Positions 1-10,700 of a stretch of DNA of 64,000 bases are shown piece by piece (positions within the stretch are counted from its first letter, which is position 1; every line of letters begins with the position of its first letter). The stretch spans positions 65,472,001 through 65,536,000 of the forward strand of contig CM060732.1 of assembly GCA_030704615.1 (NCBI GenBank), read 5' to 3'. Below the pieces are notes generated by a model, which did no database searches, was not told the DNA's origin, and worked only from the letters and a program-made list of their open reading frames with translations. The stretch is from Takakia lepidozioides. Lineage: Eukaryota; Plantae; Bryophyta. The position numbers were made by a program, and so were the translations under genes.

Positions 1-1309
1 GGTGTACAGGTTCCTCCCTGGAATGCTTTTGATAAACGGTATTGGGAGTATGCATTCTCCATTGCTAATGACCTGTTGGATGACAATGGATGCTTGGTGT
101 TTTTGCAGGGCTCCGATGATTCATTTGCATTGGAGCTCTTTTCTTACTCCAGGGGCAGCTCTATTTCCGTATTATCAAGGAAATATACTTGCATCAATAC
201 CACCCCTCTACACACTCAGACAGGAAAGGTAAAAATCATCCCTCTTCAATATCTCATTGTTTGATGTTTCATCTTCCTACTCTCATACATATTATTAAAC
301 CATCCGGGTGCACTGTTTTTGTGGAAATGGCACGTCTAACAGACCATGTTCTTCCACGCCCATGTCCTCACCAAGCAAGGAGGACTATTCAAACTGCGTG
401 AGTCTGGCAAAGTTGTGGACCCCCTTGCAGACCCTGTTGAGTTGGATGCCATCTACAACCACATTCCAGATGTTGCACTACCCATGCAAACTCCTCAACA
501 AGCCTGGAGGGGTGCGCGAGACCGTAGTCCCGCCTTCATGCAAGTGTTGTTGGAGACATGCTCACCTCCTGGCTCCCGCATTTTGGATCTCACAGCTGGC
601 ACAGGTTTGCATTGGTCTCCATTTTGTAATTAAAATCTTCTGAGCTGATTCATGATCATTAACTGTTATCCGATATAATATCATCATTGCATGTTTTTTT
701 CCTGCAAGTTCTACATTTATTGCTGCCCGCGAGTCTGGACGTCACGTATTTGGTCTTGAGGGGGACCAGACGTTGTATGCAGCACGTCTCTCTGCACTTC
801 AAAATACTCAACCCGTTTTGGTTTCATCTGTGGTAACTCCAACCATTCAACGTCCTGTGAGTTTGTTGGAACCCCCGCTCCTAAGGTGGCGCGCAAGCTT
901 GGTCTTCATCTCGGCAGTACTTCCTAGTGAGTATGTCTCGCCTCCATTCCCTTTGTTGCAATCTCTATATTATTTGCAAAGCAAACCATTCCCATTTGAT
1001 TTGTTAACATAAGTATACATGTATGTGTGATGCAGTGATGGGATTGTGCGGACCATCTACGATAGTCTACCCCAAAGTCCTCTTTCATCGTTTTATCTAC
1101 CTTCGTATGCCGAGTCCCAAGCTTTGCATTCAATACATCAACAACGTGATGTAGGTCTTTCCAATGATCTCTTGTTTGACCGAAGAGCAGCTATTGTTGG
1201 ACAATCTGTGGATAGGTTGCGTAGAGTTGAGGCTTTCATGGATGTGTATGCCTCTGAATCACAGGCTTATGACACGGATGATGAAGTATCAGCTGATGAT
1301 GTTATGTAG
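1..1309 (+). pseudogene. Intron-containing N4-cytosine/N6-adenine (beta-class-like) DNA methyltransferase gene; 5' end outside the window; probably inactivated by a splice-acceptor mutation
   Basis: Exons <1-228, 343-604, 708-930, 1036-1309 join in one frame. Translation includes YWEYAFSIANDLLDDNGCLVFL and TCSPPGSRILDLTAGTG|STFIAARESGRHVFGLEGDQTLY. The latter matches the SAM-binding signature of beta-class amino-MTases (S..G..VLDPF.GSGTT..AA...GR...G.E....Y). Introns 229-342 and 931-1035 are GT-AG. Intron 605-707 ends in CAA rather than CAG. Confidence 0.75.
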
Positions 1310-2560
1310 GTAATTAGAAATTACATATACAATACATTGTCCTCATTGTCAGTCCGAATTTTTTGTTATTTTTTATGATACATGTATTTCTCTCTAGTGT
1401 AAGGTAAAACAAATGGGGCAAATGACATGGTGTTGAAATCAGATTTCATGTTATCTTCCTGTCATTTGATTTATCTATGTAATAGTTTGTACATAGATCT
1501 CTACTGCATTTCATAGATCCCTTTACCTTAATGCAAGTTCGACATGCACAGCACTATCAAATTTCATCATTAGTAAGATCAACCCTTATGAGTATTGTGG
1601 CATGTTATGTACACACAGGGTGACTATCTTTATCTCATTAGTGTTTCATTTCATTAGTGTTTCAAGTCTGAATGGGTAGTGTAGTGGTATGAACTAGGCT
1701 TGATACCCGATAGGTTGTGGATTCTATCTCTGATGGACATTATGTTTTTGTAAAATAAAAATGTTTCAGAAGATAGATATATAGATACTGCAAAACCTAT
1801 GTAACAAAGCTCCCTAGCATTGTCAAGCTCCCTAGCATTCCCTTAGCATTGCTCCATTCTGAACTTCAAACTAGACTCCCACCATTGGAAGAGCCCGTAC
1901 CTTCACCATTTGTATCTAACAAGGAGCCGTGCCTCGTCACTTTTTAATTTTTCGACCTTTTTTCTCATGTTGGAAAGCCATAAAAGCAACATGTTCATCT
2001 CCCATTCCTACACTCACCCATGTGGAATAATAATACAATGAATATGAAATATTCTATATAGAATATTCTTATTCCATCCTTTGATATTTTGACTATGGAC
2101 CCTAAGATTAGATGAATCACAATTATTTATTTATTTTTGGGTACCCTTATTTAAGTGTTGTGCATATAAAATTGTTCCTATGCATATCTAAAATTTGTAT
2201 GCACGCATACATTCCTCCATATGCATGCATTTGTGTGCGCATATAGTATAGGCTACCTCCTCTTAGCTTGCCAAATACGTCAGTGACCTTGGTTTAAGTA
2301 GGCTGACCCTCCTTCAACTTGGCCAGCTAATTGTTAAAAATAGGCTGGATGATGTATGGCAGCGTTCATCCAATTACTCACTTCACTACATTTATTGATT
2401 TTACAGCTTATCCAATGAATGAAATCTGCACACCCACCCATTATTCATTACCTACGCTGAACGGATGAATTCTTGTGTTCACCATCCACTCCTCGTCCAT
2501 TCCGACATATCCATCTTCCTCGCATCTTTGTCCGAAGATTTTCACGGAGCCCGACATTAC

Positions 2561-3863
2561 CAGTGTTGTGCGGGTATATTGTCTTAAACATACCCTCCGG
2601 GTCCGGGTATACTTTATTTTCAAAATTATATTTACCTTTTTGGGTAAGGATATATTACTACTGGTAGAATTTGAAGGGTATAAATAAACAATACAAATCC
2701 TCATTTATACCAGTGTTGTTATGGTATCAGTGTTAGGACATACCATACTGGTCCTGGTACCAGACGTATCACAAAAAATTTATATCAGTCTGGTCTATAT
2801 AATGGTGGATGTATAATTCTCTACATACTGGTATGAGTATGAGTATCATGACCACAATATCAGCTGGTACGAGATATCAATTCTGGTATCATTCCAAAGC
2901 CATCTTGAATTACAAGTTTATCACTAGCAAGTATCAAGTGAAAACAAATACAATATAAATAAAGAAATAAATATACATAAATACAAGTATGTAGGCATAT
3001 ATACACATAAATTAATATAGTATACATACCAGAGTAAATGAGGAAGACGGCGGGGAAGTACTGGTATTGAGGCTGGTATGAAAAAACTGTTACCAGCCTG
3101 GTCTTGTGTATGACCCAGTATTCTCCCAAATGATACCAGACTGGTCTGGTATCTAATACCAATGCATATACCAGTATTTTATACCAGTCCTTCACCTATA
3201 TACCAGACCAACACTGATTTATACCCTACGGGTATAAATAAATACCGGATATAGTTAAATAAATTTATTTCTAATATTTTATTCAGTTATATATCGAAGA
3301 TGTATGAGTGCTATACTCAACAATGCTGGCAATATTGATAAAATAATCTTGGGATAACCTGCATACCTACATAACACAACTTTACGAGCTCCATAAACTA
3401 AAATATGTTTCGAGAACATGGGTGGAGCACAAGTTACTTTGGAAGCCCCACAAGAGGGGTTGATTTGTAAATGCCACAAGAGACTAGGGGTTGGCGGAGC
3501 TTGAATACAGGTGGGGGTAGAGCAGTGGGGCCCATCAATGACCAACTCAGGTGCTTTAGTGGGTTACCTGTAGCTGCATGTTGAAGCAAGGCTGAAACCA
3601 ATTGGAAAAAGGGGTAGGATGGGATACTGATTTTCCTGCCACAGATATACCCTCTGATTTAAATCTTAGCCCCCTCTGGGACGGGTATATCCACACCCAA
3701 ATAGCCCGGTTATGTATAGGGTAAGGATAATTATCTGTTAATTACCATCCGGGTGTATTCTAATGGTGGATATAAATTAAACCGTAGGGTCCGGTTACAG
3801 TTAAATGGTTATACCTGATATACCCGGCGGGTATATCCGGGTATATGATATACCCGCACAACA
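2561..3863. mobile_element. hAT-type non-autonomous element (MITE), right terminus eroded
   Basis: Left end CAGTGTTGTGCGGGTATAT (2561); right end ATATACCCGCACAACA (3848-3863) lacks the final CTG. The equivalent site in repeat copy B (about 17980) is empty. Confidence 0.7.
2711..3216. mobile_element. hAT-type MITE nested in the previous element
   Basis: Termini CAGTGTTG...CAACACTG; perfect 8-bp TSD ATTTATAC at 2703-2710 and 3217-3224; rich in GGTAT/ATACC subterminal motifs. Confidence 0.85.
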
Positions 3864-6486
3864 ACCCTAGAGCGCCAAAGCTCGAGACAATGGACCACCA
3901 CTTGAATCATTTCATTTTTAGGATATGCCATCTCATTTCCACATCTTTCCTGATCACAAAATTTTCTATAAGAGGGCTCAATATGGAAAGTATTTTGTGA
4001 TCATAACATTATATTTTGATGATTCGATTTTGATATGTAAAGACCTAGCTATGTTGAAAAAGACAAAAAATGATATCTTAAAGAAATTTGAGATGGTGAA
4101 GTAGAAAGAGATCATTGTGATCACAACATTATATGTTGACGATCTGATTTTGGTATTTAAAAACTTGGCTCTGTTGGGAGAAAAACAAAAGAAAAACCAT
4201 ATCTAAAAAGAAGTTTGAGCTGGTCGATTTGATCCAATACCATTTGGGGTTATCACTATTTTGTGTTCAACAAGATCGAGCGATTTCTTTGAACTAGCAT
4301 AAGTTTCTTACGATATCTATAGACACTTTGGTATGGCTGAAAGTAGGTTGATAAATATGTCATTTGTCCCAAATTGTAAACTCTAAAATGAAATGGTGGG
4401 TCTTGGGGCAAGAAAAATTGGATAAAGCTAGGTTTTGATTTGGTCAAACCAATTTCTTTTCTCACTTTTTCTTTGGGACCTGATATTTGAGGTCCGGGCC
4501 AATGCTATAATCTCACAATTTCCACGGTGGACTTGGCTCATTTTTTGGTATGTCATGCATAAATGAGCTGGGCCGATTGCTATAAGGCTGGAATCTCCGG
4601 ATGATTTTTGGTAGGTTTCTAGGGGCAATTTACTGCAGCTGGGTACCCAAAATTGGTAAAAAGTCAAAAAAGGGCTTGGGAATTTAAGGGTTAAACTATT
4701 GCAAACTTGGAGAAAATGAGAGCTGTTATTTATTAGAATATTTTGGGGAGTCTCATGTATGTAATGGTTTGTATAAGACCGGATATTGCACAAGCAGTAG
4801 GGATTGTGAGCCAATTTGTGGCTAACCCTGGGTAACCATAATATTAAGCTGCAATTAAACGTATGTTTCATTATTTGAGAAGCACAATTGACTTTTGTAT
4901 GTGTAAGAGAGGAAACGTTGGTAAAGTTCATTTGGATGAAATGCATTTATAAATTCAGTACTGATTCAAATGATATCCTCATCCATATCGATTCACTTCC
5001 AGCCCATACATGGATCATCGGGATCAAGATTGTAGGAGTTTAAACAGTAACACGATTTAATTATATTGATCTTCAAGATACGGAAATCTACACACATTAC
5101 CTTCTTTTCTCTTCGTTTCTTTTCTTTTCATTTTCTTTCCCTTTTCTTGCTTCACTTCGAAGAAGACGAGTACTCTTTCGTCATTCTCAAGGTTAACATG
5201 TTGTTTATTTGCTTCCTCAAAACTTTCAACTGTCCCTCTTGGTCTCTTTCTTGCTGCACAGCCAACAAGGATCCTTCACATGCCAAAATTCCTGGCTTCC
5301 ATACTTGATTTGTCATGCCAAAAAGTTTGTACCCCCTCATTCTCAGTTCTGAATACTCCATGGGTCCATTGTCTAATTTCACCTGCAGCTCTACTTGTGT
5401 AGCCGTCCAAGGATTTATCCAAAGATGATGGGGTTCATTATGATGCTCTTCATTACTCCATGGCCTTGCCGATTCTTCATTATAGCTGTTGCAATTCGAG
5501 TTGGCTGCCTCAAACTCTTGGTCATTGCTAAGGTTCAAACGTTTCTTCCACTCATTTGTTGTGCATTCTCATTCCAAGGCTCATATTGCATTAATTGTAG
5601 GTCTGCATATGCTTCTTTTGTGATCAGGTTGCTTCCGTGTTGCTAGCACACATTAGGTTTCTCCTCATATCCTTGTACCTCATTTGAACATACATCAACT
5701 TGGCGCTGCTTGTCTTGGATCCGGTTGTCCCCTGTTGACGCTCCTCTTGTACTTCTTCCTTGCAGCCTCGTCCTTCAACAAGCTGAATCTCCTCCTCAAT
5801 ATCATTGGCATGGAGGTCCGCCTAGAGTTGATCAATGATTTGACACTATTCCTTAGCGTCTGTATGAAGGACAAACAAGTCTTCCCTCCTAATTTTTGGT
5901 TCTTTCACCTTCTCTATGCATGGCTTTGTTGACCATGATGTGTTTGCCAGTATTTATCTTGAAATGTCCATTTCCTTGTCCATTCCAGGTTGCAAAGTCT
6001 CAAGGTAGTGACGCACTCTCTCCGCACCAACATTGTGTATTTAATATTGTCTTTGACTTTGCATTATAAAACAATGAGTTTTTTTTATCATCAAAGAAGA
6101 TTCAATGCTCTTTGTGTAGGTGTATTACAATGATGTTGGATTATTTGACTATAAGCTTAACGTTGATTTACTGACCAAATTAGACCATTGTTCCATTCAT
6201 GATTAAATAACTTTAAGAAGATATTGAGTTAAAAACTATCTTCCTTGACATTTGCGAAATACTAGTCTCTTCCTCTTATTCTTCCATTGTCCGTGTTGTT
6301 ACGCTTTAATTACTCTTGATGATTTGTTGCGGCAGTCTAACACTTTTGGTCCATTGCCGTGTTGTATCTCCCTGTCAGTTTTTTTTTTTTTTTCAAATCA
6401 CTTTACAGAGTTTATCTACCATGAATCCATATAACCACAACACTCTTCACTATGAAGGCCGTGGAATTATACTTCTTACTAACTTA

Positions 6487-6675
6487 ACAACCAGCATGTA
6501 GCCAGCCAGTGGTAATGGGCACATACCACGTTGGATGTGGTTGTGGGTTCAAACCACGGTATGGTGTGTCATGAAGGTGTCCACCTTTCAGCTAGAAGGC
6601 AGCAGCCCTTGTGGTGAAGAGACACCATATTAATTTATGCTCCCTTTGGGAGGCGTCTATATGTATATATATATA
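6487..6675 (+). mobile_element. tRNA-derived SINE upstream of the Argonaute gene
   Basis: A-box-like TAGCCAGCCAGTGG, B-box GGGTTCAAACC and a (TA)n tail; 14-bp TSD TTCTTACTAACTTA at 6473-6486 and 6676-6689. Confidence 0.75.
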
Positions 6676-7326
6676 TTCTTACTAACTTACTCTTTTGTTT
6701 TAAATATATATATGGGATCCTAATCAATATTTATTTTGCAATGTGTATTCTTGCATGAATTCTTATCATAATTTGCGACATGTGTACTTTCAACTATGTT
6801 TTTATAGAAAAAAATATATTTCCCATCCATTTAATCTCATTTTTAGAATTCATCATCTTCTACTGTCACTTTTCCATCCCTTCACAAACTATTTATTAAT
6901 AAATGGGGGGAGTCTAAACAGCAATATCGTATTTGGTTTTGTTGGATGAAAGAACAAACACCAAACGTTATAAAGTATTCCCCACATAAGCTGCGAAGAG
7001 TCACTTGTATATCATACCGATTCACTCTCATCAAACTTCTCTCTCTCTCTCATTCGTGAGTTTCCTAGTATTGCCTCTCTTGTCAGTTTTAATATTCTCA
7101 TAATGCGTTGTCTCTATGGCTGGCAAATAATTACTTTTCTGTCATTTTTTTTCTCTCTCTCTCTTGCATTATTGTGTGATGTATGTAATTTATATAACAA
7201 GCTGATACATAACATCCTTACTTTCTCAAGTTAGTCACTCTATCTCATCCCTACATGTAATCCTACTACGAGCTCATCTATCTAACAATCATCCACTCAC
7301 TATTGAAGTCCTAAAGACAGAGGAGA

Positions 7327-7696
7327 ATGCCACGCAAGAAGAAAACTCTAGTTGTAAAATCCAATCAATATCATCCTCCAGGAAGTGCCAGTCGATCACC
7401 ATCTCCCGAACATCTCCCCCCTACACAATCAATTGTGTGGGGAAGAGCTGGGGTAAGTGTAGGGTTGAGAGGCATAGTCTCTGACGATCATCCCATAGGA
7501 TGGGAACAAGTACAAAGAAATTTTGAGCTTGATCATCATGAGTTCCATGGTGCGGGTATGCCAAGTCAATCCAGGTCTCCCCCACGAAATCCACACATTG
7601 AGGAAGCTGGGCCAAGTGGAAGGGGCGGTGAAATGCAATATAGAGAGACAACCGTTTCATCTGGGCGTTATGCTTTGGGAACTCATAGGCACGACG

Positions 7697-7734
<38 letters not shown>

Positions 7735-10700
7735 GTATACACACACACGCACACTTGCAGAGTTTTTATTTTATGTCGAATACGATAAATTTTTAAAGTT
7801 TCTATGGAACTTTAAGTCCTTATTCAAATCTAAATATATGTGGACATCTCTACGTCTATTGAGGGCAATGCATGTGTGCGCGTCTGTGTGTGTATGTATG
7901 TGTATGGCAAGCCGCTTAGATCATATGTATTATGTGGACTTCATGTGTAGTATACTTTAATATTTCCATCCTTAAGTCACCCTTGCCTTGTTTCTTGACA
8001 ATGTAAATTTTTGAAGTGTCGGCAACTAGACCATGAACCTATATAACGATGGTAAAGCATTTAGGAAGAAAACAAAGAATGAACTCACATTCCCTTGGCT
8101 TTTCAGCTACCCAAGACTAATTAATGTTATACATAATTGAATACATATTACAGTCATACATTATTGTTTGATATAGTTACACAACATAGTGGCCTTATGA
8201 TGTAAAATGTGGTTCAATGGAACTCAACAAAATTGGACCAATATATGTTCATAAAATCTGGTTGTCTTTGTCATAGCCGAGACAAGTGTTATCTAGAGAC
8301 AACTATTTTTGTTGTTTAATGAAATGCATTCTACATGTCACAGTGTAAAAACTTTTAAGTTATCAAAGATATATGTGAAATTTGCAAATGGTTATGTTAT
8401 AAAATTTTCATGATCTTTTGAAGGAGCTAGTTTATCACTACTTACTACTCCCCATGGGCCTAACACTTCCCGAGGGCGAGAATACGAGCCTTACGTCACC
8501 CCCAATAGACCTGGGAATAGACAACAAAACTCAGCCACACGTAATGTCGTCAGAGCCCCAGAGTTGGGTTATGTACCCCCTGAAGGAGTACCCCCCCAGG
8601 CAATTGGTGTGACCAAGGTGCACCAAGGCAATCCGCTAACCAACCAAAGTGATGGCGAACCTAGCGCGCGGTTTCCATCTGTGCCTGCAACTCCTCCACC
8701 AGAGAGAGATTCGGCCAGTGCCTTACCTAAAGCAGACACAACTTTGGCTCAGATCACATTTGGTCTCTTCAACTTTTCTAGTAAATCTTCGTCCAATTCA
8801 ATGCAATTAACGAAGCGCCCAGCCCAGAAAGGTTCCATTGGACAGGTACTAGATACTCCCAATCACACGTTTTACCCTCTCTATATCTAAAATGTGTACA
8901 ATATATGCAAATTCATGAATGAACATCTCTAGTCACTTTCTTTGCTGATTTTTTTGTACACGAACACTTTAAATTGGATTCAACTAAAGCAAATCAGCAT
9001 AATTGTGAAAAGTATCACACCCATTTGGACCTAGAGGATAATTGAGTCCATAGTTCTGATTTTTTTTAAATAAATAATAAGAATAATAAGAATAATAAAA
9101 CCACATATAAGTGTCAAACCACTTCTCATACTTCATGTGCATTGAATAGAAATACAATGGATGTGACCCATATGCATTGACATTGGATACATTATAGAAA
9201 GAGGTGGGTGGACTCTCAAACAAAATAACCTTGGCACAATTGATATGTTTTATTTGTGCAGAATACAACATTTCTAGCAAATCATTTCATAGTAAAAAAT
9301 TTCAATTATCGCAACATTTGGCACTACAAATTGGAAATAATACCCAAAGTGAATAGTGAGCTAGCACGAGTATTGAAAGATAAGTTGGAAAAAAGATTGA
9401 ACACTAAAATGGTTTATGATGGAAACAGTTTAGTATTTATGCCGAGTAAGTTTTCATACCTTGAGAAGGAAGAGAGTATTGAGTGTGCTTCACGGTAAGT
9501 CCTCCCTCCCACACACTCTTTTCTTACTGCACTGGCACAGATGTGAGAGGATAAATCTTGTTATTTATTTAATTTATCAAATTTCCTTCTGGTAAAATGC
9601 CTCACTGACATATCCTAGTAAATGACCAGAGACTAATGTTAGATGTACATTTGAAATTGACTACAAGTATATAGGTTGAGTGACTCTCATTATACAGTTT
9701 CTATCTTAGAGCTTTGTTGCCGCTGTCATTGTCAATACATGTAAACACACCTTGAATTGGAAATTTAGAGCACAATCAAACTTATGAGGTTCAAAGCAAG
9801 GCCCATGAGAGAGAGGACTTGGCAAAAGCCAATGCAAATAAGGCTAAAAAGTTGTTTCCTTTAAAATCACATGATAAGTTGTTTAAACTTTGTAGTGAGA
9901 AACTTCAATGTCCATGTGGTTGTAAATTTCTTGAGGTATGTGTCATATCATCCATTAGTTGGTGTCAGTTATGACTTTGATGTCAATCTGGTTAGGAGCC
10001 GGGAAACCTAAGACAATATCAATTTGTGCAAAGAATTGGCAAAGTAAACAATTGGGCGACATATGATGTTAGCCTTAAGGAAAAAAAAAACATCTTTAGA
10101 GTTCATGGGAAACAAGTGGAACTTGAGAGTTTATGTTTAGATCATGCAAAATTCTTCAAAAAACTTGAGCTTCTGTGTATAATGTTTTGTGTGTTGTTCT
10201 GTAGAGAAAATCTTACCCCAACTATGTACAGAGTCAAATTGACTACAAGGAAAAACAATCAAACAGGTCTTCCCGATAATGAGATTGATGGGAATAAGCT
10301 AAGGAGTCTAATCGAGCAAGGAGGAACAGATAATGCACAAGAACATGTCAATGCATTGGGCTTTGTGCTCAAGGAGACTAGTAACCGCATTCTTTCACAA
10401 ATTGGTCAAAGCTTTTTCGACCCTGAAGATACCCAAAAAATGGATGATTTTGTGGAGGCATGGAATGGCTTCTTCAAGAGCTTGCGCCCCACTCAACAAG
10501 GCTTGGCTCTCAATGTAGACGTCTCAAGTGCCCTCTTCTTTCGGTCTTCATTGGATGACCAAACTGCTGGAGGGAGTGTGGCTAAATACCTTGAGTACAA
10601 ACTAAAAACCAATTTCCATCCCCGTTATGTTCTCAATGTGCACGAGAGGTATCAATCATTGCACCAAGTTGACCATCAATGTATTTTCTTGGGCCTTTTG

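Larger units (their letters stand above)
2250..5100 (+). repeat. Copy A of a dispersed direct repeat containing Ty1/Copia reverse-transcriptase debris, interrupted by insertions
   Basis: About 2250-2560 matches 17660-17981, 3865-4232 matches 17982-18343, and 4720-5100 matches 21790-22180. It encodes a tandemly duplicated (I/T)LY(V/F)DD Copia RT motif and a decayed MVCIRPDIAQAVGIVSQFVANPG segment. Confidence 0.8.

Noticed and set aside
1670-1740. Possible tRNA gene (TAGTGTAGTGG…GGATTCTATCTC)
   Set aside because: Only box-like remnants with no cloverleaf; the same applies to 6487, 33016 and 43592, so no tRNA gene is called.
5100-6030. Coding-like minus-strand stretch (ORF 5152-5538)
   Set aside because: Interrupted, and I recognise no motif; likely a decayed TE or gene fragment but not supportable.
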